A DNA stretch of 63,796 bases, filler included, from Octopus bimaculoides (lineage: Eukaryota): assembly GCF_001194135.2 (NCBI RefSeq). It is 6 parts of 6 records of this genome, joined end to end, with 100 filler letters (N's around TTAATTAATTAA, not from the genome) between each part and the next. Parts side by side here need not be neighbours in the genome. Positions count along the whole stretch, not along the records: positions 37,509 to 48,711 come from NC_068994.1; positions 48,812 to 55,282 come from NC_068995.1; 4 more parts are not named here. One strand, written 5' to 3'. The position numbers were made by a program, and so were the translations under genes. Of this stretch, positions 38,136-49,850 are shown one piece after another (the first letter of the stretch is position 1; each line of letters starts with the position of its first letter). A model generated the notes under the pieces. That model was not told the DNA's origin and searched no databases. It saw nothing but the letters and a program-made list of their open reading frames with translations.

Positions 38136-38749
38136 GAGAGAGATAGAGAGGGAGAGAGAGGAGGAGGAGTAGGAGGAAGATAGATAGATTCCTAAGCCGC
38201 AAGCTTCAGCCTGCTGCTGGCCACCAGAAGGTATCTTAAAAAAAAAAATTCAATCATTTCACTACAGCAGTTGTCAAATATGAAGCACATTAGTTGTTTG
38301 TAAATGCTGCCTCTGTCTGAAAATTACTATAAAACATGAAGGTACTTTGATATTGTGCTTTGTGATGGTGTAAAATTGTAAAAATACAAAATCGACACCC
38401 CAGAGTATCACTACGAATGTCGTCACTCTTTTCCTTTACTAACCTCCATAAAGATGAACCTCGTTCTAGTTCCTATAAGTGCGCGACCCTAAGTCTCTTA
38501 AAGAAACTTCAGACCACTGACCCACAATGCTAGTCGGCATTGCCTTTTCTTTCCAAGTGCCAGATTGTAAGCTCACTGATTTCTCTTCGTTCATGCATAT
38601 TTCTGACACCATGTTGTGTTTTTATGGTGGTGATCACCTCGGTTTCCGTGGTGAACAAGACTATCCCCCTATGACGTGGTCAGCGCATGTCGACATGGTC
38701 CTCCGCTTCTTATTGCTACAGAAAAGCCTCAAGAGCCAAAACATAAAAG

Positions 38750-38885
38750 AACGATCCCGATATTTAATCTGACTACTGAACAGATATCCCTCAACTTCGA
38801 AGCGATACAGTCCTGGAAAACGGGGCCGAAACCAGATGCACCGAAGACCAACACTATGTGCCGATGGTTGATTCTATCGAGGTTT
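38750..38885 (-). mobile_element. Short L1/Tx1-type RT fragment
   Basis: LDRINHRHIVLVFGASGFGPVFQDCIASKLRDICSVVRLN aligns with FDRVDHLFLAAVLKATGFGPVFRGWIATIQNNICSMVRVN from the copy at 59533-60067. Confidence 0.7.
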
Positions 38886-38899
38886 TGGAGTTGGATCAG

Positions 38900-39198
38900 G
38901 GACTATAGGCTGACATGATATTCTTTCTCCAAACTGATCCGTTTTTCGTATGAGTTTGTTATTTATTGTGATCAAGTTCTTTCTACTTCATATTCCATTT
39001 TGCAGTATCTTAAAATTTCAGTCTAGGTCTTCCATGGTTTCTTTCTCCCCTTGGATAGTTGGGAGTAGAGGATTTGTCTGGGAAGCCTCCTGTTGTCTAT
39101 CTTGTATAGGTGGCCCAACAAACGTAAATGTCTGTCAATGAGGATTTCCATCACAGGAGGCAGACCAGCACGCCGTAGGATTTCTTCGTTCCTGAACT
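38900..39198 (-). mobile_element. RTE-clade LINE 3' end
   Basis: RNEEILRRAGLPPVMEILIDRHLRLLGHLYKIDNRRLPRQILYSQLSKG, then after a frameshift RNHGRPRLKF*DTAKWNM...WRK. Confidence 0.8.
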
Positions 39199-39220
39199 TA
39201 TACATACATACATACATACA

Positions 39221-39257
<37 letters not shown>

Positions 39258-39809
39258 ACACTTTGGAAAATCGACTCTTGATATCGATTTATAAAAAGAA
39301 AACATAAAATGTGTTTAACCTATGAAAGGATTTTTTTGTTCTGAATGTTGTGAATCTCCTGTGTTGAAAAAGATTTCTCCTAATCAGTATGAAGTTGGAC
39401 ATTTCTGAATAAATAGCGTTGGAGTATCTACAAGGAATTAAGTTATTCAATTCTTTTATTGAAAATTGTAAAATGCTGGAATGAAATATTATACTTTTAA
39501 GAAAAGTGAACATCAGACTGTCTAAAACTATTTATAGACGAGACGCGTGTTATATAATAGAGCAAAAAATTTTGTAAATTCTCAGTTCAATAGCATCCAG
39601 ATATATTGAGAAAGTGAAGTGGTGATGTACGTTTCTGAATACCCAAATAAATATGTTGCAAGAATTTACTTTTAAAAGTGTTAGCAGTAAGTCCAATATA
39701 GGTTTTTTTTTGTTTCATTGACCTTTATCTGTAAGAAATCTTTGTCTTATGTACTAATACACATTTTTAAAGGACTCAAATAATAACATTATTATGTATG
39801 TCGACACTG

Positions 39810-40130
39810 ACGAGTGGCTGGGAAGTTTGCTTCGCAATCACACTCCTGTCTTGTATACAACTGCATGGTATCTTAAGTACCTTAAGCAAGTGACGTTTAC
39901 TACACCTTTGATACGACCTAAGCCTTGTGAATCCTATTAAGAAGACGAGAACCGTGTGAAAGCCCCTCGGATAGTTTTTGCTCATCAAGCCTTATCGCAC
40001 TCTATTACATTAAAAGTACACGTCTGTGAAACTAAAAGTACAGTTGTCTGTGCTTACACGTTAATTTAACGAATTAAACCCGCAACTACGAAACTGACGG
40101 AGATCCCATCACGACCACAGTTAGAATTAT
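39810..40130 (+). mobile_element. Degenerate SINE (family B-like head, family C-like body)
   Basis: GAGTGGCTGGGAAGTTTGCTTCGCAATCAC..., AAGCCTTGTGAAT..., CACGTTAATTTAACGA. Confidence 0.45.
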
Positions 40131-40443
40131 TAGAACTACATAGCGGGGAAGAATTTTGTGTGTTCATGTTATCAAGATTCCTTTTGTATTTATAGAAGTA
40201 GGGAAATATCTAGTACAACTGATCAAAGATAAGGGAACCTAAGGCTAAACAACACCAATCGCATCAACCTCACAAGTCCAGAATAGCCTATAGGGGATTT
40301 TGACCACTCGCTCTATCCGTCGAGAAGGGCTTTCCTTTGATAATGATTCTAAAATAACATTGAACAGGAAATACACACCGACATACTAAACTTCATAAAA
40401 AATTACACACACATTCATATAAACTTAGTAATACGCAACACAC

Positions 40444-40474
<31 letters not shown>

Positions 40475-40798
40475 TGTATGTATGTATGTATGTATATATA
40501 TATATATGTGTATGTATGTATGTATAAACACACCCACACATAAGCACACATGTACTACCTCCCAACCCCACACTTAATCAATTGGACTTCATTAAAACTC
40601 CTGACCAACTTAATTACTCTTGGATATAAACAAATGGGCAGACACGTACCACACACACACACACACACTCACATACACGAAAATACACATATACGCATAC
40701 GTTCTCACATTTACATATTTGCACAAGGCACGCACATACAAATCTGCGCATATTTGCACACGATGTACACTTGCCCACAAATACACTCGCAAATAACT

Positions 40799-40799
40799 G

Positions 40800-40861
<62 letters not shown>
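40799..40861. repeat. (CTA)n microsatellite
   Basis: Seen directly. Confidence 0.95.
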
Positions 40862-40864
<3 letters not shown>

Positions 40865-41569
40865 CACTCACACATACGTTTATATAAATATAAACATACA
40901 CACGGATATATGCATATACATAATATGCAATGGCTTACACACAGGCATAAATACAAACAAATGAAAACACACACAAGCATATAACAGTCAAATATATAGA
41001 TGCACATACACACTTATGCACGTAGCTTCGATATACGCACACAGATACACAGAACCATGCTTTATACACAGACATACACATATATAAGCATAGCTGTTCC
41101 AGCACATACACGCGCACACACTCACACTCANNNNNNNNNNGTACACTCGTACACACGCAACTTAACATATGCATATATACATATATAACTAACTGCGTAC
41201 ATATACAGCTACGTATATACATATACTCAGCTACACATAGCATACACGCACAAATGCCCAAACACGCATAGACGCGCACACACATTATCACACACATACA
41301 CATGTATGCACCTACACCCATGCACACATTAACACACGCATGCTGGCACATATACAACGTTGTTAGTTTTGTGTTCTTTAATTGGGTTTGTACAGGACGT
41401 GCATATGTTGTGGGAGAATGATCTTGCATATAAAGTTGGAATCACAACTGAAAGATGTTGGCCAAAGACAATTAACATATTGAGAAGCCGAGGACCTCTA
41501 TATGGTCATTGGGTTTGAGAGAAATAGCAGCCAAATCTCCCTCAAATGATAGCATTTTTATCTTTGTAC

Positions 41570-41960
41570 TTCTTTCAGACATTGAAATGTGACCATACTG
41601 GGGTACGGACCAAGAGGATTTTAGTCCAACAAATTGACCTCAGTTCTTTTTTTTTTTTTTTTCAAGTCTGGTATTTTATCAGTCTGTTTTGGCCAGCGTA
41701 AACCTACGAGGAAGTAAATAGACCAGCGTCGGTTGTCAAATGATGGGGGCCAGGCACAAAGACACACACATCCACGCGCACGCGCACACACACACGCATA
41801 TGTATATACGACGGGCTTCTTTCAGTTTCCGTCTATCAAATCAACTCACGCACAGCTTTGATCATCTCGGGGCTATAGTAGAAGATACTTGCCCTAAGTA
41901 CCACGCAGTGGGACTGAACCTGGAACTATGTAGCTGGGAAGCAAACTTCTTATCACACGG
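41570..41960 (-). mobile_element. SINE family B, degenerate
   Basis: CGACGGGCTTCTTTCAGTTTCCGTCTATCAAATC...CCACGCAGTGGGACTGAACC at 41808-41925 and tail sequence at 41570-41750. Confidence 0.75.
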
Positions 41961-42059
41961 CCAATGGTTTAAAAGTTTGCTTCGCGACTACGACTACAAA
42001 TTTACAGTTTCGAAAATTTCTCATACCCAAGCTTCTATATCTTCGGATTAACCCATATC

Positions 42060-42295
42060 TTTTTAGTTAAAATGGGTAGACAGAAACTGCATAGAAGCCT
42101 TTTAAGTGTATTGTACCTGTAATTCAAAGGTGCAGCCAGGTCACACACACAGTGTCACGAAGATTGTACTTGAGAAGTACTTTAATTGTGCATGTCTGTG
42201 GAATACTCAGCCACTTATACGCTAATTCACCTGCTTAGTGAATTAACGTGATCAAACAACTAGATCTTCATCGTCGAAACTGACGAAGGACCACC
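42060..42295 (+). mobile_element. SINE family C body
   Basis: TTGTACCTGTAATTCAAAGGTGCAGCC...GTGTCACG matches the reverse complement of 1760-1805. Confidence 0.65.
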
Positions 42296-42349
42296 ATATA
42301 CAGATATGGGTTACATGTGTTTGTGTATGAGTGCTTTTGTGTATTCTTT

Positions 42350-42570
42350 TATTCTTTTATTTGTTTCAGTCGTTTTGGCTGCGGCCATGCTGGAGCACCG
42401 CCTTTACTTGAACAAATTGACCCCAGGACTTATTCTTCGTAAGCCCAGTACTTATTCGATCGTTCTCTTTTGGCGAACCGCTAAGTTAGGGGGAAGTAAA
42501 CACACTAGTATCGGTTATCAAGTGATGGTGGGGGACAAGCACTTACACACGCACCCACACACGCACGCAC

Positions 42571-42609
<39 letters not shown>

Positions 42610-42689
42610 CATGTACGACGACGGGCTTCTTTCAGTTTCCGTCTACCAAATCCACTCACAAGGCTTTGGTCAACTCCAGGCTATAGCAG
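42350..42689 (-). mobile_element. SINE family B, 5' end lost in gap
   Basis: TTTCAGTCGTTTTGGCTGCGGCCATGCTGGAGCACCGCCTTTA...ACGACGGGCTTCTTTCAGTTTCCGTCTACCAAATCCACTCACAAGGCTTTGGTC. Confidence 0.88.
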
Positions 42690-43405
42690 ANNNNNNNNNN
42701 NNNNNNNNNNNNNNNNNNNNNNNNNNNNNNNNNNNNNNNNNNNNNNNNNNNNNNNNNNNNNNNNNNNNNNNNNNNNNNNNNNNNNNNNNNNNNNNNNNNN
42801 NNNNNNNNNNNNNNNNNNNNNNNNNNNNNNNNNNNNNNNNNNNNNNNNNNNNNNNNNNNNNNNNNNNNNNNNNNNNNNNNNNNNNNNNNNNNNNNNNNNN
42901 NNNNNNNNNNNNNNNNNNNNNNNNNNNNNNNNNNNNNNNNNNNNNNNNNNNNNNNNNNNNNNNNNNNNNNNNNNNNNNNNNNNNNNNNNNNNNNNNNNNN
43001 NNNNNNNNNNNNNNNNNNNNNNNNNNNNNNNNNNNNNNNNNNNNNNNNNNNNNNNNNNNNNNNNNNNNNNNNNNNNNNNNNNNNNNNNNNNNNNNNNNNN
43101 NNNNNNNNNNNNNNNNNNNNNNNNNNNNNNNNNNNNNNNNNNNNNNNNNNNNNNNNNNNNNNNNNNNNNNNNNNNNNNNNNNNNNNNNNNNNNNNNNNNN
43201 NNNNNNNNNNNNNNNNNNNNNNNNNNNNNNNNNNNNNNNNNNNGCGTATGTGTGTGCACGCGTGTGAGTATGTGCGTGTGTATGTATGTATGTATGTGTA
43301 TGTGTGTGTATGCCTAATAACAGTTCTCTTCTCTGTGTGAATAATGATGGATTCTTTGTGTATATGTTTGAGTACGTATGTATATGTGAGTGTATGTGCG
43401 TGTGT

Positions 43406-43445
<40 letters not shown>

Positions 43446-43504
43446 ACACTCACGCACACATAATGTTGACTGGCGGATAAAAGCGAATTCGATACCATAG
43501 CAGA

Positions 43505-43665
43505 AATTGATAATATTGCCTTCAAATTTCAGCACAAGACCTGCAATTACGAGGAAGGGCGCTTATCGATTACACCGATCCCAGTGTTCAACTAGTACTT
43601 ATTTTTTCGACCTTGCGAAGCAAAGTCGACCTTAGCGGAATTTGAACTCAGAACGTAAAGCCAGA
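43505..43665 (-). mobile_element. SINE family A-related partial copy
   Basis: CAGCACAAGACC...GCAAAGTCGACCTTAGCGGAATTTGAACTCAGAACGTAAAG. Confidence 0.75.
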
Positions 43666-43964
43666 TGAGTAGAGAATAATAATTGCAACTTGTCTGAAGA
43701 CCGTGTGCGTACACTCACAGGTGGAACTCAGAGTACCAAGAGACTGACTCGACCAAAATAAAAGTTATATATATATATATATATATGCGTGAATAGGAAT
43801 TAAATATAAATAATATATATAAATATAAAGAAAAGTAAAAGGTGTGCAATTGAAAAATATAAAATAATATATATATAAAAGTAAACATATACAAGTAAAA
43901 ATATACATATATATATACATATAAGAAGGAAAAAAAGGAAAAAGATCTATACATAATGACATAT

Positions 43965-44212
43965 TTTGTTGGATGGCCGTTAACTGTTCACCCTTTGACG
44001 GATCTTATTTTTCATCCCGAAGGTCGTCCGACAACAGTTCCTCACCAAGCAAGCCTGGTGGGGTTGCCCGTTTAGTCACCGACAATCCGACCATGTGACA
44101 TGTTGTACTGGATTACATGTTACCAGTAGCGCTCAAGAGCGACCTGACATATGTGTGGTGCTGTTTGTAACACCCCACTAAAAAAAAAAAAATTTGCTGG
44201 GTTAAGTTACTT
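43965..44212 (+). other. Structured GC-richer segment directly upstream of the RTE coding fragment (putative RTE 5' UTR)
   Basis: Several stems: GGATGGCC/GGTCGTCC, CCTCACCA/TGGTGGGG, TACTGG/CCAGTA. No ORF. It abuts RT-derived sequence at about 44213. Confidence 0.4.
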
Positions 44213-45196
44213 AAGGTCATCTACCTTGGAAGCTCTGTTCAAAATGATGGAAATCGTGATACAGAAATACAGCTGCGAATTCAAAGGGCAGCAAAAGCAT
44301 TTGGTGGCTTGGAATCACGCGTTTGATGCCAGCGACATATAAATAAGAATACAAAGCTGGCTCTTTACAAATCATTTCTTTTACCATCTCTGTTGTATTC
44401 TTATGAAGCATGGACTTGTTATGAAAGGTATTTTAAATTATTGGAAGAATTTCACCGAAAATGCCTTCATCGCATTTTAAAAATTAAATGGAGTTCTTTT
44501 ACTCCAAACACAAATGTCCTTGCATCTGCAGACGTCACCTCAATTAAAGCTATGATTTTGAGAAACCAAATGAGATGGTGTGGCCATATTGTCCGAATGG
44601 CAGATGAACGCATGCCGAAACAGTTGTTTTATGGTGACCTCGCAGAGAGGAAACGCTACAGGCATAAACCTAAAAAGAGGTTTAAGGACGGCATAAGGAC
44701 TACTATAAAGTCACTTGAAATGGATCCAGAAGACATAGAAACTCTTGCTTCGGATAGAGTTGGATGGCGAACAAAAGTGTGGAGTGGACTGAAAGCATTT
44801 GAAGAGGCCAGGATAAATCAAGTAAGACTCAATACAGATCTGATGAAGAATGTAACAATCGAGAAGGTGAATGACAATGACCTTTTTGTGTACACAGTCT
44901 GTGACAGACCATGCCTGTCTTTTGCCGGACTCAAATCTCATCTGCGAACCCATGGAAAACAAACTTCCACCAACTATTCTGCCTACATGTCTGTGCACAC
45001 CTTTGAATGCAGTGTATGCCAGAATATTTGCAAATCTAACAGAAGGCTCAGAAGACATTTTAAGATCCACAACGATCAGAACTTATCTGCAGCATCTGGT
45101 AGTCCAAATCGGATGTACAACCTGTGTGGGTATCTTTTCAGAGCATTGTCTGGTTTAAAAAGCCACATCAGATGCCATGATGGTACTTACGTGTAG
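44213..45196 (+). mobile_element. RTE-clade LINE: RT C-terminus and C-terminal domain with three C2H2-type zinc-finger repeats, one internal stop
   Basis: One frame: VIYLGSSVQNDGNRDTEIQLRIQRAAKAFG..RV*CQRHI..TKLALYKSFLLPSLLYSYEAW...FHRKCLHRILKIKW...RWCGHIVRMADERMPKQLFYG...PKKRFKD...DRVGWR. Fingers: YTVC..SHLRTH, CSVC..RHFKIH, YNLC..SHIRCH. Confidence 0.9.
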
Positions 45197-45297
45197 GTAC
45201 AGGAGGTGGTCAAACCCTGCATAAGGAGTAGACAACTAACACACACATACACACTCACACACACACACGCACACATACATACACGCACACATATCTG

Positions 45298-45400
<103 letters not shown>

Positions 45401-45799
45401 CTTTATGTATGTTTGTGTATGTATGTATGTATGTATGTATGTATGTATATATCATCTGGGTAATAAGCAACGTGCGCTTAAAAGCTCCTATTCGGTTTTC
45501 GGCTACAATATGCCACCATACAGCTGGGTTATTCCTTATGCTGGGAGATACACGTGGAATTCCGTTAGTGTATGCATAATTTATATAAAAATTGATAAAC
45601 CAAGAAGATGGAACAGAATTTAATTACAAAAGACAGCAATATTGTTTCTGCGAAGTGGTAGCAGTTGCTCAGTTTTCCATTCATACTATTACATAAATTA
45701 TTTTATAAATAGTTACATAAATAAATATGATTCACCAACAGCTGTGTACCGGCACATCCTCAGATGAGTTGCTTCTGAGATACTTCTGAGATACTTTTG

Positions 45800-46790
45800 A
45801 GGTGTTCAAACAATCTAAGCTTTGTCTTGGCGTAAGTTTATTTTACACATTTCAAGTATTGGATTCAAACGTGCTCCAGTTTCCATAGTTCCACCGGTAT
45901 ATTGGCAATTTGAACAGGACTTCATACAATATTTTGAATTCTTCTTTGCGAAAGTCATCTGTATATATAGTTAACCCTTTGCCTGTGTTGTGTCTCACAT
46001 GTGGCACAGAGGATGTATTTCTCTGGCATCATATATGATATGCATTCCCATTTCTTTTTTCAACCAACAGAATAACTTGAAGTTCGTGAAAGAAAAACTT
46101 TATATTACTCAGAATATATGAAGCAAAGCCTAGCTAGAATTCTGAAAACAAGCATGGACGATTAGATCAAGCCTATGAAAATGCTTTGGACAGGGAAAGG
46201 GTTAAGGATTCTGCCTCCCCGTTAACTATAAGCTGGTCTATGATGCTTGGCGCCTGTCTAAGTCGGTTCTGAAAAGCGTTCCTTCTGTTTTTAAATTTTA
46301 TTCTTTCGGATTACTTATGTTGAGTTTCCTCTATAATTTTTCTTTTCCCTGTTATTTTCCTAAACGACAGAAACCTGTTGCTTTGCTGAAGCACATTGCA
46401 TAATATTTAATTCATTCTGCGATAAACTTCAAGTTCTTGTTTGCGGGCTTCGGCAAGTTGTTGTTTTGCACTTTAAAATGTTACTCTGTTGGGATTCATG
46501 AGTTTCTTATTTTAAACGTAGCTTCATGTACTTTCTTCAATTCTTTTTCTAATTATCTCCTTATTTTCCCATGGGATACGGTTGCTTTTCATTTCTACTT
46601 TTTGGAACATTTTTCCTGCTTTTTCATGTGCATTTATGATGATATTATAAATAGAGTTTGGTATTTTTATCACGATCCCCAAATTTATGATGCTTCGGAG
46701 CGATTTTTACATCAACCATATCTAACGACCGCAACGTGGTAAGTTTTCTCCTGTCATAACTTATTCCAATTTTACTTTGATTTCTTATTT
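45800..46790 (-). mobile_element. Degenerate LINE (RTE-X/Proto2-like) EN-RT linker region, split by a MITE
   Basis: IINAHEKAGKM...IPWENKEI..., FRKITGKRK..., QLIVNGEAESL|TIYTDDFRKEEFKIL, NIPVELWKL. Clade assignment is tentative. Confidence 0.55.
45975..46201. mobile_element. piggyBac-type MITE with TTAA target-site duplication
   Basis: TTAA (45971-45974) then CCCTTTGCCTGTG; GACAGGGAAAGGG then TTAA (46202-46205). The 13-bp termini have 2 mismatches. Confidence 0.8.
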
Positions 46791-46844
46791 ACTCTCACGT
46801 ACAGTCTTTTTTTTTTATTTCCGTAAAGTCAAGTAGGCTTTGTG

Positions 46845-47460
46845 AGGCTCACAAAGTGATATGTAAAGTTTATGGTGTTGATTGCTTAAGAGAACCTACA
46901 TGTCAGAAATGATTTTAAAAATTCCGTTCTGGAGATTTTTCACTCAAAGATGACCAACGTTCTAGTCGACCAACTGAAATTAATGATAACCGAATCAAAA
47001 CCATGACTGAATCTGATTGTCATATAACAGTGCGAGAGATTGCAGAGAATTTAAATGTATCACACATAATTAAAAACCACTTGAACTGTCTTGAATTCGT
47101 TAAGTAGCTCGATATTTGGGTACCACATAAATTGAAAGAGATTCACTTAACACAATGAATCATTATTTGCAATATGCATCTCAAGCGCAATGAAATTGAC
47201 ATTTTTTTTTAAAACGAATCATCACTGGTGATGAAAAATGGATTGTCTACAATAACATCAATCGAAAAGGATCATGGTCCAAGCGTAATGAACCAGTACA
47301 AACCACCTCGATAGCTGAATTGCATCAAAAATAGGTCATGCTGTCAATTTAGTTGTATTACAAAGGTGTTGTACATTTTGAGCTGCTTAGAAGGAACCAA
47401 ATGATCAAGTTAGATGTTTACTGTCAACAACTAATGAAACTGGATGAAGCAATCAAAGAT
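46845..47460 (+). mobile_element. Mariner transposase pseudogene fragment
   Basis: KVYGVDCL..FRSGDFSLKDDQRSSRP..TVREIAENLNVSH..WVPHKL..KRIITGDEKWIVYNN..KGVVHFELL..YCQQLMKLDEAIK, with WVPH(E/K)L and TGDEKW motifs. Several stops. Confidence 0.92.
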
Positions 47461-47733
47461 ACAGGTTGCTTCGATCGTTTGAGAATTATCGTTTAGATTC
47501 TATTTGTAACTTCTAAATGACAGATGGTAGCAAATCCTGAAAGTCCCCACAGTGTTCAGCTACTTAGAATGTTTAATTCATGCCATTGGGGTTAATAGAA
47601 GAAGTTGGTTATCATTTCCTATGGATTAGTGAGAAGATATCAGTTTATCACTCATCGTTTCCACCACAAAAGTCCTGCTTCAAGCTCCTTGAATTTTTAA
47701 TCACTGAGGTTTACTCTTTAATCATGAGTAAAC

Positions 47734-47818
<85 letters not shown>

Positions 47819-47844
47819 GAGCTAGAAGAAGAATGTCACACTGA

Positions 47845-48230
47845 TATAAAACCAGATATGCGGGGAGCAGCATTGAATGCCTTGGGATCTTTTGCTTGCG
47901 CTTGAGATCTTGGCGCTCACACATTCCTGAGAATGCGACCCATATTGACACTGGATATCTTGTTCTGGCCAAGCTCCGGCTCGTGTCAGTAGAGTAGAGA
48001 GGGTCTGTGAGGTGTTGTGCAAGCCTCACTAGATCTAAAATTTTAGGTTGCGCAGTCGCCGGTGAGGCGAATAGGAAGGCGCCGCGGCGAACGGGGAAGC
48101 CGCGGGAGAAAACCCGGGTGAAACTGACCGCGGATACGTTAGCCTCATGCATAAGTATTGCAGGCATTTTGCATGGGCTATGATCAGTGCTGGTCTTCCT
48201 CGATCACTAGTGGACAGCCATAGGCATGTA
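47845..48230. other. GC/CpG-rich island of unknown origin
   Basis: Sharp GC and CpG rise at 48040-48150 with CCGCGGC/GCCGCGG and TGAGGC/GCCTCA stems. No recognisable protein in any frame I read. Confidence 0.4.
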
Positions 48231-48666
48231 AGTGGATGGGTGTGTATCTGATGGCTTATTTAACTAGTAGTTTAATAAGCCTTCAAACAAAATCTAAATT
48301 TTCTGTCAAAACAAATTTTGTAATTCATTTCCTGATCAATAAATGTTTTGTTATTGTTGTATACATGAAATTCTAAAAAAAGGAAAACAACAAAAAAATT
48401 ACACACACAGACACACACACAAAAAAAAAAATACATACATACACACGTGCATATATCTTTTCGTACTTACCTGTTTGCATATATACATAGGTAGCTACAA
48501 ACCTGCTTACCTACATACATACGTACAAATATGTTTGTATGTATGTATGTATGTATGTATGTATGTATCTAGGTATGTATTTATGTATATATGTATGTAT
48601 GTATACATATGCATACACATATTCAAGCAGAAATACACTAAACACGCAAATATAAACATATGTACA

Positions 48667-48711
<45 letters not shown>

Positions 48712-48889
48712 NNNNNNNNNNNNNNNNNNNNNNNNNNNNNNNNNNNNNNNNNNNNTTAATTAATTAANNNNNNNNNNNNNNNNNNNNNNNNNNNNNNNNN
48801 NNNNNNNNNNNATATATATATATATATATATACTTATTTGTTTTATATATATGTGTGTGCGTGCGTGTGTGTGTGTGCGTGTGCGTGTA

Positions 48890-49810
48890 GAAGATCTTCC
48901 AAAAATGGATATACACATTAAATCTTTCGGTATTTCGGTATTTGTGCACATCCTCAACTAGCTTTGGTTCGGCGTCTGCTGTCGGTTTTGAACCATAACA
49001 TTTTATCTTCTAAGTATTCCCATTAAAAAAGAAAACTAGTGGTAATAGGTCAGTTGAAGGTGGCAGATATTCTCTTACCTGGTAGTGTTAGGGTACCTTG
49101 TTTTGTTGAAAATAAAGCTCTACATCTTCGAAGTCCTCCTGACAGAATGTTGCAGCAAGTTCAAGTAGATGAAACCAGTCACACTAACTTGAAAGAAGAA
49201 TGGTCCCTTTTGAAGATAAGCTACACCAAACTCATGGTGAATAAATATAACATTCTTCCGTGATATGTCTCCAGTAAGCGCAATTTTGGTGGTTGAGACA
49301 TTTAATTTAAATGTAACTTCATCACTCCAGACATTCTTTGTTGGAAATTATGCACCTTTTAGATATTTTGGCAAGTACCACTTGTATAATCCCACTCTTC
49401 GGTCCGGATCATCTTCATTTAGAACATGGGTTATTTTTAGAATGTAACTTTTCCAATGACAGTACTGTAATTCTCATCTCATGACACACTTGCAGCTCAG
49501 ATTTTCTTGAATTCTAGCAATATGTTTTTAGTATCATTTCATGCCATGTGGGACTTGTCGATTACGGCAGTCTTCCGGAACATATTTTTGTGAAGATTCA
49601 GAACAGTTCCATCTGTTTCAAATCTATCTGGAATAATAGTGATGGTAAGCCATGTCTTTGCACTTCGACTACGTTTTTGTCAGTAGCATTTTAGAACAAA
49701 TTTCCTTCGCTCAAAGCTTGGTCTGGCTTCAACAGGTTAAATTTAAGAAGAAATGAAATTTAAATCAGTTATCAGCTGTTAAAGTGCGTATACACTTTTG
49801 GGGGCACCTG
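48890..49810 (-). mobile_element. Tc1/mariner-superfamily transposon relic (maT/DD37D-like motifs) with one terminal repeat
   Basis: Starts TA|CAGGTGCCCCCAAAAGTGTATACGCACTTT. Encodes HVLNEDDPDRR..., VWSDEVTFKLN..HQNCAYW, GPFFF..VTG..YL, YFQQNKVP*HY (from YFQQDGAPPHY), PDLLPLVFF..WEYL. An internal deletion prevents measuring the D-to-D spacing. Confidence 0.82.
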
Positions 49811-49819
49811 TATACATAT

Positions 49820-49850
<31 letters not shown>

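Noticed and set aside
47754-48167. 137-aa minus-strand ORF as a host exon
   Set aside because: It runs into a (GT)n microsatellite, has no recognisable domain, and GC-rich DNA stays open by chance.
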